NCBI GenBank assembly: GCA_963656825.1
Contig: CAVKJG010000001.1
Location: 2,059-66,058, forward strand
From: Sphaerochaetaceae bacterium
GTDB taxonomy: Bacteria; Bacillota; Clostridia; Oscillospirales; CAG-272
Reading direction: 5' to 3'
Length of the DNA stretch: 64,000 nt
In this document: one piece after another, positions 1-8,816 of the stretch
Layout: each line of letters opens with the position of its first letter
How positions within the stretch are numbered: position 1 is the stretch's first letter
Made by a program: the position numbers and the translations under genes
The notes under the pieces: model-generated
What the model was told of the DNA's origin: nothing
The model's input: only the letters and a program-made list of their open reading frames with translations
The model's database searches: none

Positions 1-101
1 TTTTCGCGCAGCTTTTCTATTTTCAGCGCAGAGCCAAGCTCCTTTACGGCTTCTTCGAGTCCCTGCAGTTTGTATTTGGCTTCTTCAAGTCTGATTATCA
101 T
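1..101 (-). CDS. 5' end of a CDS that runs off the window (33 codons, coiled-coil-like; possibly a peptide chain release factor N-terminus)
   Basis: ATG at 99-101 (minus strand) with a GGAAGGA RBS-like element at 113-119. Translation is MIIRLEEAKYKLQGLEEAVKELGSALKIEKLRE, which is too short for a firm family call. Confidence 0.35.
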   Translation of the reverse strand, partial: MIIRLEEAKYKLQGLEEAVKELGSALKIEKLRE

Positions 102-177
102 TTGTCAATACGTCCTTCCGCCGATATATCGGCTTTCTTGTTTATATTATATCAAAAAGCAAAGCGTTTGTAAACCG

Positions 178-558
178 CTATTTTTTATTTTTGCACGGAT
201 CCGCAAAAAATGCGGAAAGATTCATATATAATTTCCCTTCGCTTTCCGAAAATCCGAGAGAACGTATAAACGGAGTATCCTCACCGTTATAATAAGCGTC
301 GTGCGCGCCGACTATATCCATAAAGTTTTCAACCCCCCTGCCGAGTATAAACATAGCCTCGGAATCGAAGGTGTCCTTTACGGGCGCGATTTCGCTTATG
401 TAGCCTGCGTCGCCGCTTATTATAAACTGACTTACGCCGAGAGGGGTTTCGTCCTCATACGCGCCGTATGCAAGGTACGTTTCCTTGTATTCGATACCGC
501 ACAGCGCACAGAGCCGCTCCTGCTCGGACTTTTCTCTTATCGGTTTTATTTTCAGCAT
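178..558 (-). CDS. small hypothetical protein (126 aa), possibly acetyltransferase-like fold
   Basis: The ORF abuts the rluB stop codon and its codon usage resembles its neighbours. No diagnostic motif was recognised. Confidence 0.5.
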   Translation of the reverse strand: MLKIKPIREKSEQERLCALCGIEYKETYLAYGAYEDETPLGVSQFIISGDAGYISEIAPVKDTFDSEAMFILGRGVENFMDIVGAHDAYYNGEDTPFIRSLGFSESEGKLYMNLSAFFADPCKNKK

Positions 559-1275
559 TTACACCGTTCCTTTCAGTTTGTTTATCTGAGAGGCGTCAAG
601 CACTCTCCACTTCCCCGTCGGAAGCTCGCCGAGCCTTATCCCGCCTATCGATATTCTTTTCAGCTCCGCCACTTCAAGCGAGCATTTGTCGCACATTTTT
701 CTTATCTGCCTGTTTCTCCCCTCGAAAAGCTTTATCGAAAGCAGAGTCGTCCCCTCCGCCTCTCCGAGTCTTTTCACCTCCGCAGGTCTTGTTATGTAGC
801 CGTCGATATTGAACGGGCGGCAAAGACGGTCGAGCGTTTTTTCGTCAACCGTGCCGCGCACCTTCACATTGTAAACCTTCGGTTTGTGATATTTCGGGTG
901 AGTGAGCATATTCGCAAGCTCGCCGTCGTTTGTTAAAAGCAGCAGCCCCTCGGAATCACGGTCAAGCCTGCCTATGGGATAAACTCTTACGCCGACATCA
1001 GAAACAAGGTCGGCAACACACCTTCGCCCGCGCTCGTCTTCCATTGTGGTGATGTAGCCGCGAGGCTTATTGAGCATTATGCATATTTTTTTAACCTCGC
1101 CGCCGACGGGCTTTCCTTTATATATAACGACGTCGCTTTCCGGATCTATCTTTTGTCCGAGAACCGCAACCTTGCCGTTTATCGTAACCTTTCCGGCGGA
1201 AATTTCCTCATCTGCGGTGCGGCGTGACATTATTCCCTGCCCGGAAAGATATTTTGAAATTCTTATTTTTTCCAC
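559..1275 (-). CDS. rluB: pseudouridine synthase, RsuA/RluB family with N-terminal S4 domain
   Basis: S4-like N-terminus (RISKYLSGQGIMSRRTADEEISAGKVTINGK) and catalytic motif GRLDRDSEGLLLLTNDG. Confidence 0.9.
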   Translation of the reverse strand: MEKIRISKYLSGQGIMSRRTADEEISAGKVTINGKVAVLGQKIDPESDVVIYKGKPVGGEVKKICIMLNKPRGYITTMEDERGRRCVADLVSDVGVRVYPIGRLDRDSEGLLLLTNDGELANMLTHPKYHKPKVYNVKVRGTVDEKTLDRLCRPFNIDGYITRPAEVKRLGEAEGTTLLSIKLFEGRNRQIRKMCDKCSLEVAELKRISIGGIRLGELPTGKWRVLDASQINKLKGTV

Positions 1276-1278
1276 TTT

Positions 1279-2376
1279 TTATTTCCCAAATATATTTTTC
1301 TTTTTGGGCTTTACAGCCGAGCCTTCCTTTGCGACAAGCGCTGCTCTGCCTATCCGTTTTCCATCAAGATAATACGAAACAAAGCCGAGCGTATCGCCTT
1401 TTTCAAAGCCCGCATACACAAACGGCGAAAGCTCCGTCACGCTTTCTGTTCTTCCGCGCGATTTCGGCAGAGTCACCGAAAGCTCTTCTCCGCAGCATAC
1501 GCCGACGCTTGTCTTTTCCCCTCCGCACACGTGAACGATTTTCTCCTCGCCGCCCTTTTCGCAAAGGGTTACTCTTTCGTAAAGCTCCAGCCCCGCTGAA
1601 AGAAGCTTTCTGTGGTCGCGCCAGTCGTCTCCGTCGCAAAGCGTAACGCATATAACGGTAACGCCGTCACGCTCCGCCGCCGACACAAGCGTTCTTCCGC
1701 ACTTTTTCGTAAAGCCGGTCTTTACGCCGATTATATCATCGTATTCGAAAAGCAGTCTGTTGTGATTTTTGAACACGCGCGTGACGCTTCCTCCCGAAAG
1801 CTTTACCGCTTTCGTCCTTGTCGAAACGATTTTTCCGAATTCCTCGTTTTTCAGCGCTTCACGCGCTATCATAGCAAGATCATACGCAGTTGTATAGTGG
1901 CTCTCTCCGTCAAGCCCATGAGGATTTTCAAAGTGCGTGTCTGAAAGTCCCATCTTCTCTGCCCGTGCGTTCATCATTCCGGCAAAGCCTTCAACGCTCC
2001 CGCCGATATGATACGCTATCGCCGCCGCGGCGTCGTTTGCCGAGCCGAGCATCATCGCATAAAGCAGATCCGAAAGAGGCACTTCTTCACCCGCGCAAAG
2101 ATACGCACTCGAGCCCTCCGTGCCTGCGGCGCGGGGATCTATTTTCACAACGTCGTCCGTCCGACCGTTTTCGAGCGCGACGAGCGCCGTCATTATTTTT
2201 GTGGTGCTTGCGGGGCCGCGCCTTTCGTGAGCGTTTTTCTCAAATACAACATCTCCCGATTCGGCTTCGATAACGACCGAGCAGAGCGACGAATCGCCGG
2301 GAGACGGCGCCGCCGAAGCGCAAACCGAAAATATAAAAGCAATAAATAAAATTGCAGGAGCAAACCTTTTAATCAT
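1279..2376 (-). CDS. dacB: serine-type D-alanyl-D-alanine carboxypeptidase (PBP5 family)
   Basis: Signal peptide, SxxK motif (ASTTKIM), an SxN-like motif and KTG motif (KTGFT). Synteny with scpA-scpB matches the Bacillus scpAB-dacB region. Confidence 0.85.
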   Translation of the reverse strand: MIKRFAPAILFIAFIFSVCASAAPSPGDSSLCSVVIEAESGDVVFEKNAHERRGPASTTKIMTALVALENGRTDDVVKIDPRAAGTEGSSAYLCAGEEVPLSDLLYAMMLGSANDAAAAIAYHIGGSVEGFAGMMNARAEKMGLSDTHFENPHGLDGESHYTTAYDLAMIAREALKNEEFGKIVSTRTKAVKLSGGSVTRVFKNHNRLLFEYDDIIGVKTGFTKKCGRTLVSAAERDGVTVICVTLCDGDDWRDHRKLLSAGLELYERVTLCEKGGEEKIVHVCGGEKTSVGVCCGEELSVTLPKSRGRTESVTELSPFVYAGFEKGDTLGFVSYYLDGKRIGRAALVAKEGSAVKPKKKNIFGK

Positions 2377-2425
2377 CTGAAACCGCCTGTCATTTTTTTA
2401 TAAATGATGTGCAGTTTCCGATTTT

Positions 2426-2914
2426 TTATTCAGCGTCCTCCACAGCTGTTTCTTCCGTTTCGCAGGATTCCTTTTCTTCTGCCGCCTTTGCCGCCTTTTC
2501 GGCTTTCTTTTTGTCGATAAGCTCTTTTATTCTGCTGATTATTCCCTTGGCTTTTTCGGCGATTTCGCCTATCGAAGCGCCGTCTACGCCCATGGGATTT
2601 TCAATGCTTATGAAGTTCACGTCGCCGTCCGCGTTGACGACAACAAAGCCTATGGGCGATGCCGAAACGCCTGTTCCGCCTCCGCCGCCGAAATTCTTTT
2701 TGTCGTCCTTTTTGGAGCCGAAATCCGTGCCGCCGCCGACAAATCCGACGGAAACCTTTGACACGGGAATTATCGTCGTGCCGGAAGCCGTCGTTATCGG
2801 CGTACCCATAACGGTGTTTGAATCGACAACGTCCTTTACGCTATCAAGCGTTGATGCAAAAAGCTCGCTGATTTTGTTTTCTTCCATAAATTTATCCTTC
2901 CTTTCCCTCGGCAT
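2426..2914 (-). CDS. ytfJ: sporulation protein YtfJ (GerW family)
   Basis: GTPITTASGTTIIPVSKVSVGFVGGGTDFG and a GGGGGTGVSASPIGFVVV signature typical of YtfJ/GerW. Confidence 0.85.
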   Translation of the reverse strand: MPRERKDKFMEENKISELFASTLDSVKDVVDSNTVMGTPITTASGTTIIPVSKVSVGFVGGGTDFGSKKDDKKNFGGGGGTGVSASPIGFVVVNADGDVNFISIENPMGVDGASIGEIAEKAKGIISRIKELIDKKKAEKAAKAAEEKESCETEETAVEDAE

Positions 2915-3533
2915 CCTCTGTCCGAGGTTTTGTTTCGATAGGTTTTATCGCGCCGAAATTCCGCGCATACGCAACATATGTCGGAACAAGCATGGCAAGT
3001 GCGCCGAACACGCTTATGCTCACGTCTATTTTGACGTCGGCAGTTGTTTTCTCGCTTGTGAAGTCCACCCACACAAGCGAATTTTTCTTTGAAAAAGTGA
3101 ATTTTGCGTTTTCTCCCAGCACCGCGAAAAGATATGCCGTCGCCTGCTCGGCAGCGCCGTAAAGGAGCGCGGTCTTTGCGGCGTCGTCTGTTCCGATTAT
3201 TATTTTATACCGCAGAACCTTTATTTTTACGTGCTTTGAAAACTGTCTGAGAAAAACGCCCAGAATATCCGCAACGGAGTGTATAAGCGAAGGGATATCT
3301 CTTTTTTCCTTTTCTTTTTTCTCCGTTTTTTCCTTTGGCTTTTCCTGCTTTTGCTTTTGCTCTTTTTTCTTTTTTTCCGGCTTTTCTTTCACCGGAAAAA
3401 GCTTTATTTTCACAAAAAGTATCCGCAAAAAGACCTTTGCCTCGTCCTTTACCACGGCTGTTATATGCACGGGCATAAAAAGCAGCAGGGCAATGACTGC
3501 AAGTATTGCGCCGATTATGATAAGCGCCGTCAT
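2892..3533 (-). CDS. DUF2953-type membrane protein (YtfI-like), sporulation-associated
   Basis: N-terminal TM helix, K/E-rich low-complexity linker, and a 23-nt overlap with ytfJ as in ytfI-ytfJ pairs. Confidence 0.7.
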   Translation of the reverse strand: MTALIIIGAILAVIALLLFMPVHITAVVKDEAKVFLRILFVKIKLFPVKEKPEKKKKEQKQKQEKPKEKTEKKEKEKRDIPSLIHSVADILGVFLRQFSKHVKIKVLRYKIIIGTDDAAKTALLYGAAEQATAYLFAVLGENAKFTFSKKNSLVWVDFTSEKTTADVKIDVSISVFGALAMLVPTYVAYARNFGAIKPIETKPRTEDAEGKEG

Positions 3534-4111
3534 ATTGTTTCTCCGGTCGATGTTTTTATCGGCGGAAGCTCCTCTATCGACGAAAGCCCGAATATGCGCA
3601 GGAACTTTTCCGTCGTGCCGTAAAGACGCGGCCTGCCCGGAACTTCAAGCCGTCCGACCTCTTCAATAAGCTCTCTTTCGGCAAGCACACCGACGGAATA
3701 CGAGCTGTCCGCTCCGCGAACCTGTTCGATATAAGAGCGCGTCACCGGCTGATTGTAGGCTATTATCGCAAGGGTTTCAAGCGACGCGCGAGAGAGATTT
3801 CCGCCGCTATGTATGCCGAGCGCGGCTTTTACGTAGTCGGCAAAGGCTTCCTTGGTCACAAGCTGGCACGCCTTTCCCAGCACAAGCAGCTGTATTCCGC
3901 GCGGAAAATCGCCCTCGTATTCTTCCTTGTATTCAAGAACAACGCTTTTTACCGTTTCCTCGTCCGTACCCATTACCTCGGCAAGCTTGGCAAACGTCAC
4001 GGGATGTCCCGCCGCAAACAGCACGGCTTCCGTTATGCGTTTCATTTCGCTTGTGGTAAGCACCTTTTCGTCATTCATCGCTTTCAACTCCGCTCTTTTC
4101 GTCACGGGCAT
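3530..4111 (-). CDS. scpB: segregation and condensation protein B
   Basis: EAVLFAAGHPVTFAKLAEVMG and a C-terminal winged-helix pattern. It overlaps the scpA 3' end. Confidence 0.9.
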   Translation of the reverse strand: MPVTKRAELKAMNDEKVLTTSEMKRITEAVLFAAGHPVTFAKLAEVMGTDEETVKSVVLEYKEEYEGDFPRGIQLLVLGKACQLVTKEAFADYVKAALGIHSGGNLSRASLETLAIIAYNQPVTRSYIEQVRGADSSYSVGVLAERELIEEVGRLEVPGRPRLYGTTEKFLRIFGLSSIEELPPIKTSTGETI

Positions 4112-4838
4112 GAGTATAACTCAAGCCCAATATTATGTTTGTGCTGTCTGTATCGCCCTCGGCGCGTTTCATTGTGACTCTGCCCGTTCTCAGAAGCTCG
4201 AGCAGAGCGTAAAATATCGTTATTATTTCCGAACGCCCCTCTGCGCCCTCGAATATTTCGTCAAAATGCAAAGAACCCCGTCTGTACATTTTCCGCATGA
4301 TAAACATTACCCTGCCGCCGACGGAAACAACCTTTCTTCTCACCATCGGCGCGATTGCCTCCATGGGAGCGAGCTTTTCCGCCTCTCTTCTCTCCGCGTC
4401 GCGGATAAATATTTTCGCAAGCGCCGCCGAAAGCAGCGCGGAATCTATGCGGATATTATCGTCAAAATCGGGCTTTATTTCGTCGGTATCCTTTTCAAAG
4501 CGTCCGGCAAATTCGCTTTCGCGCTCGGAAAGCAGCTTTGCCGCCTCCTTTGCCGTCTTGTATTCCATAAGCTTGCGGACAAGCTCCTGTCTCGGATCCT
4601 CCTCTTCGGGCTTGGGAAGCAGCATCTTGCTTTTTATATACATAAGCTCCGCCGCCATAGTGATAAATTCGCCCGCTATCTCCATGTCAAGCTTCTGCAT
4701 TTCGCTTACATACGCCATATACTGATCAAACAGCTCCGATATGCGTATGTCGAAAATGCTCATTTTGTTTTTTGAGATCAGAGAAAGCAAAAGGTCGAGC
4801 GGACCTTCATACTTTTCCGTTTTGAATACAAGCTCCAA
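4071..4838 (-). CDS. scpA: segregation and condensation protein A (kleisin)
   Basis: N-terminal YEGPLDLLLSLISKNKMSIFDIRISEL motif and kleisin length. Confidence 0.9.
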   Translation of the reverse strand: MELVFKTEKYEGPLDLLLSLISKNKMSIFDIRISELFDQYMAYVSEMQKLDMEIAGEFITMAAELMYIKSKMLLPKPEEEDPRQELVRKLMEYKTAKEAAKLLSERESEFAGRFEKDTDEIKPDFDDNIRIDSALLSAALAKIFIRDAERREAEKLAPMEAIAPMVRRKVVSVGGRVMFIMRKMYRRGSLHFDEIFEGAEGRSEIITIFYALLELLRTGRVTMKRAEGDTDSTNIILGLSYTHARDEKSGVESDE

Positions 4839-4863
4839 ATGATTTGTTTCTCCTGTTTTTTAT

Positions 4864-5562
4864 TTACCCGAAAATCGGAATACGCGTTATAAGCCAGTTC
4901 ATTCCGAAGAAAAGCCTGTCGGCAAGCCAGCCTATCGTGCCGTCGAACACGCCGAGCCACAGCAGCGCAAACATTGCTATCATAATGTATCTTTCGTATT
5001 TCATCACGCCGAAGTAAGCCTTTGTCGGCAGGAAGATAAACGCTACTCTCGAGCCGTCGAGCGGCGGAATGGGCAAAAGATTGAACACAGCAAGATAAAC
5101 GTTCATCTCCGCCATCAGATAAAAGAATGTGCATCCGACAGCAATCACCGTCGCACCGAAGCCCGAATCCGATACGGGTATCAGCGAAAAAAGATTAAAG
5201 AACAGAACGTTCAGAAACGCCAGAATTATGTTTGAAAGCGGTCCTGCGGCGGCTGTTATCGCCATGCCGCTTCTCGGATGCTTGTAATATCTCGGATTTA
5301 CCGGACACGGCTTTGCCCAGCCGAATCCGAAAAGAAGCATGCACAACGCGCCCATGGGATCGAGGTGCTTCAAGGGATTGAGCGTCAGTCTGCCGTAGTT
5401 TCTCGCCGTGTTGTCGCCGAGAAGATACGAGGCGTAGCCGTGTGAAAATTCGTGTACGGTAAGCGATATAAGCACAATCGGAACGACTATAAGAAACGTT
5501 ATAAGAACGTCCCTGAACGTCGCCTGTCCGCTTGTAAGCGCTTTTATTGTCTGTATAAGCAT
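4864..5562 (-). CDS. peptidase M50 / site-2 protease family membrane metalloprotease
   Basis: HEFSHGYA (HExxH) sits in a TM helix of a polytopic membrane protein. Confidence 0.8.
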   Translation of the reverse strand: MLIQTIKALTSGQATFRDVLITFLIVVPIVLISLTVHEFSHGYASYLLGDNTARNYGRLTLNPLKHLDPMGALCMLLFGFGWAKPCPVNPRYYKHPRSGMAITAAAGPLSNIILAFLNVLFFNLFSLIPVSDSGFGATVIAVGCTFFYLMAEMNVYLAVFNLLPIPPLDGSRVAFIFLPTKAYFGVMKYERYIMIAMFALLWLGVFDGTIGWLADRLFFGMNWLITRIPIFG

Positions 5563-5581
5563 TTATTTTTTCCTCCGGAAA

Positions 5582-6187
5582 TTATTTCAGATGCTCCGAT
5601 ATCACGGAGATAACCTCGTCCTTTCCCTCGCCCGTAAGCGATGAAAAGGCGATTACTTTTATTTTCTCCGCCGCCATCGGAGGATTCAGCAGAGGATGCT
5701 CGCAAAGTGCCTCATAATTGCGCTTTCTGTCCGTTTTGTTCAGCTTGTCAGCCTTTGTCGCGACTATCGCATAAGGTATGCCGGACTTATCGAGCCAGTC
5801 GAACATCATGCAGTCGTCGCCCGTCGGACCGACCTTGAGATCGACGAGCTGAAGCACAAGCGACGGTGAGCTTTCGCCCGTAAGATAGCCGTTTGTCAGC
5901 GCCGACCAGACTCTTTTCTCCGATTCCGAGCGTTTTGCGTAGCCGTACCCCGGCAGATCGACAAGGTAGAATTTTTTATCTATATCGTAAAAATTCACTG
6001 TGATCGTCTTTCCCGGCTCGGAGCTTGTTCGCGCAAGCTTTTTTCTTCCGAGAACGGTATTTATAAGCGAGCTTTTCCCGACGTTCGATCGTCCGGACAT
6101 CGCTATCTGCGGTCTGCCGTCGCGCGGAAACTGATTTTCTCTTCCCGCGGAAAGCGCAAACTCCGCTTTTGAAAGGTTGAATTTCAT
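5582..6187 (-). CDS. engB: ribosome biogenesis GTP-binding protein YsxC/EngB
   Basis: G1 motif GRSNVGKSSLIN, DLPGYG, TKADK. It lies downstream of lon, as in Bacillus lonA-ysxC. Confidence 0.92.
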   Translation of the reverse strand: MKFNLSKAEFALSAGRENQFPRDGRPQIAMSGRSNVGKSSLINTVLGRKKLARTSSEPGKTITVNFYDIDKKFYLVDLPGYGYAKRSESEKRVWSALTNGYLTGESSPSLVLQLVDLKVGPTGDDCMMFDWLDKSGIPYAIVATKADKLNKTDRKRNYEALCEHPLLNPPMAAEKIKVIAFSSLTGEGKDEVISVISEHLK

Positions 6188-6203
6188 CGGCGTTCTCCTG
6201 TCC

Positions 6204-8645
6204 TTATTTTGCGGCTTCTATCGCCGCTCCCCTGCCGTGACTTTCCGGCACGGCAATATATTGCTTTTCGCTTTTTTCCCGCGGCAGACTCTTTTTTTCG
6301 TAGGCGAAAGGCTCAGCGCAGAGCGCAAGTCTTGCCGCCTCGTCCGCGTGAGATATGTAGATTATCTCCACATTTTCCTTGACTTCGGGAAGAATTTCTC
6401 CCTCGTCCTTGCGGTTTTCCTCGGGAAGAAGTATCGTCTTTACTCCGGCAAGATATGCAGCCATCGTCTTTTCGCGGAGTCCGCCTATGGCAAGCACTCT
6501 GCCGCGGAGCGTTATCTCGCCCGTCATGGCGATATCGCGCTTCACCGCTATGCCGGTAAGCTCGCTTATCAGCGCCACGGATATCGCAACGCCTGCGGAC
6601 GGGCCGTCCTTCGGAACAGCGCCTTCGGGAAAATGTATATGTATATCTTTCTTTTTGTAAAATTCCGGATCTATTCCGAGTCTTTCCGCGCGCGAACGGA
6701 CAAAGCTTATCGCCGCCTGCGCGGATTCCTTCATAACGTCGCCGAGCATACCGGTAAGCTCCGTTTTGCCCGTGCCTTCAAGCGAAAGCACCTCTATACG
6801 CATTATCTCTCCGCCGAGCTCCGTATATGCCATTCCGCACACCGTCCCGACTTCGTTTTCCGGCAGGATTTTATCCTTTGCCAGCCTTTCCGTGCCGGCG
6901 TAATCGGCAAGATTGCCCTCCGTTATCTTCACGCTCTTTTTCCCGTCGCAGACTATCTCCTTTGCGGCGCGACGACAGCATTTCGCTATCATTCTTTCAA
7001 GCTGACGCACGCCCGCTTCGGAGGTGTATTCGTCTATGAGCGCATAAAGCGCACCTTCGTCGATCTTCATCGTTCTGCCGCTCAGACCGTGACGCTTCGA
7101 CTGCTTTGGAATCAGGTGATGACGCGCTATGGAGAATTTTTCTCCGCGCGTGTATATCTTCATTTCCACTATCTCCATTCTGTCGATAAGCGGCTGAGGA
7201 ACGGTGGAAAGCGAGTTTGCCGTCGTTATGAAAAGACAGTCCGAAAGATCAACCGGCGACTCTATGAAGTGGTCGCGGAAGCTTTTGTTCTGCTCGGTGT
7301 CAAGCACCTCGAGCAGTGCCGACGCCGGATCGCCGTGCGCGTCGCGCGTCAGCTTATCGACCTCGTCCATCAGTATCAGCGGATTCATGCTCTTTGCCTG
7401 AGTGAGCGCGGTTATGATTCTTCCCGGCATCGAGCCTATATACGTCTTTCTGTGACCTCTTATGTCCGCCTCGTCGCGCACGCCGCCCAGAGAAATCCTT
7501 ACGAATTTTCTGTTCATTGCGCGCGCTATCGACGATGCCACCGAGGTTTTGCCCGTTCCGGGAGGTCCGACAAGGCACAGCACCTGATTTTTAAGCTCGG
7601 GATTGAGCTTCTGCGCCGCAAGATATTCCATTATCCTGCTTTTCACGTCGTCAAGCCCGTCGTGATCCTCGTCAAGTATTTTTTTCGCCTGCGGAATGTC
7701 TATTCTGTCCTTTGTCTTTTTGCCGAACGGAATTTCAAGGCAGGTTTCTATATAGTTGCGTATTACTGCGCCCTCAGCTGCTCCGAAAGGCGTTTTTGAA
7801 AGCTTTTTCACTTCTTTTACAAGCTTTTCGCGCATATCCGCGGGAAGCGGCGCTTTCATTACCTTTTCGTAATATTCGGCTACTTCCTCATCGTCGAATT
7901 CTTCATCCTCGCCAAGCTCGCTTTTTATGACCTTAAGCTGCTCGCGCAGATAATAATCGCGCTGATTTTTGTCCATTCTTGAATGAACCTCGCGGTTTAT
8001 CTTCGCCTCCTCGCGCATTACAAGCTTTTCGCTTTCGAGCTTGAGGAGCAGAAGCTCCGCGCGCGACTTGGGATCGAACACTTCGAGCAGCTGCTGACGG
8101 TCGTCAAACTCGGGCAGAATGTTCGCGGCGACAAAGTCGCACAGAAGCGACATATCCCCTATCGAAGCTATCACCGCCGAAAGATCCTTTGAAAATTTCG
8201 GCAAAAGCGATGAAAATTCGGCTACCGTGCTTTTTATGTCGCGCATCATCGCAATGCTCATAACGCCGCCGTCGTCAAAGCTTACGGATTTTTCCAGCGC
8301 TTCGGCAACGAAGTATTTTCCGCTGCGATAAAAATCGGTTATTTCTGCTCTTTCAATCGGCTCGATAAGCGTCCGGTATATTCCGCCGTCGGCTTTTACA
8401 AGCTGTTTTATCTTAGCCGTCACGCCCACGGAATACAGATCCTCCCTTTTCGGTTCTTCAACCGAGGGATCCTTCTGACATACAAGCAAAACAATTCCGT
8501 CCGAAGCGAGCGCCGCGTCGCACGCTTTTTTCGACGCGCTCCTGCCCACTTCGAGATTCATTGCTATTTTGGGGAAAGCGACAGTTCCGCGCATCGCTAT
8601 GCACGGAAGTATCGTTTTCTTTATCATTTCTCTGGTTACAGCCAT
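6204..8645 (-). CDS. lon: ATP-dependent Lon protease (LonA)
   Basis: Walker A GPPGTGKTS, a LonA N-terminal domain, and the catalytic PKDGPSAG serine motif with the downstream Lys region. Confidence 0.97.
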   Translation of the reverse strand: MAVTREMIKKTILPCIAMRGTVAFPKIAMNLEVGRSASKKACDAALASDGIVLLVCQKDPSVEEPKREDLYSVGVTAKIKQLVKADGGIYRTLIEPIERAEITDFYRSGKYFVAEALEKSVSFDDGGVMSIAMMRDIKSTVAEFSSLLPKFSKDLSAVIASIGDMSLLCDFVAANILPEFDDRQQLLEVFDPKSRAELLLLKLESEKLVMREEAKINREVHSRMDKNQRDYYLREQLKVIKSELGEDEEFDDEEVAEYYEKVMKAPLPADMREKLVKEVKKLSKTPFGAAEGAVIRNYIETCLEIPFGKKTKDRIDIPQAKKILDEDHDGLDDVKSRIMEYLAAQKLNPELKNQVLCLVGPPGTGKTSVASSIARAMNRKFVRISLGGVRDEADIRGHRKTYIGSMPGRIITALTQAKSMNPLILMDEVDKLTRDAHGDPASALLEVLDTEQNKSFRDHFIESPVDLSDCLFITTANSLSTVPQPLIDRMEIVEMKIYTRGEKFSIARHHLIPKQSKRHGLSGRTMKIDEGALYALIDEYTSEAGVRQLERMIAKCCRRAAKEIVCDGKKSVKITEGNLADYAGTERLAKDKILPENEVGTVCGMAYTELGGEIMRIEVLSLEGTGKTELTGMLGDVMKESAQAAISFVRSRAERLGIDPEFYKKKDIHIHFPEGAVPKDGPSAGVAISVALISELTGIAVKRDIAMTGEITLRGRVLAIGGLREKTMAAYLAGVKTILLPEENRKDEGEILPEVKENVEIIYISHADEAARLALCAEPFAYEKKSLPREKSEKQYIAVPESHGRGAAIEAAK

Positions 8646-8775
8646 TTCGTTGTCCTTTTTTGAATATATTTTGATTTCCGCTTTCCGCGGAGCATACTAC
8701 TCTAACTTAACTTTGAATATATTATATCACACTGTTTCTATGATTTCCACATATTTATTAAAAATTAACTCTTTT

Positions 8776-8815
8776 GAAACAAAAACGTGCCGCGATATGC
8801 TCGCAGCACGCATTT
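8776..8815 (-). terminator. rho-independent terminator after the TF-like lipoprotein gene
   Basis: The minus strand reads GCGTGCTGCGA-gcatat-CGCGGCACG followed by TTTTTGTTTC. Confidence 0.65.
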
Positions 8816-8816
8816 T

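Noticed and set aside
1-101. A possible prfB programmed +1 frameshift site in the truncated first gene.
   Set aside because: Only 33 codons are visible, and they contain no CUU-UGA-C type shift site. The family assignment is itself uncertain.
6177-7799. A 540-aa plus-strand ORF antisense to lon. Similar long shadow ORFs occur at 13142-14122, 19730-20743, 27771-28400, 29148-30233, 36270-37073, 43489-44376, 47865-48683, 50586-51521, 56137-57318, 57376-58398, 62506-63192 and 63220-63984.
   Set aside because: Each lies antisense to a gene with unambiguous family motifs. Their translations are R/F/C/H-rich low-information sequence with no recognisable motif, RBS or promoter. This is the typical shadow-ORF behaviour of moderately GC-rich coding DNA.
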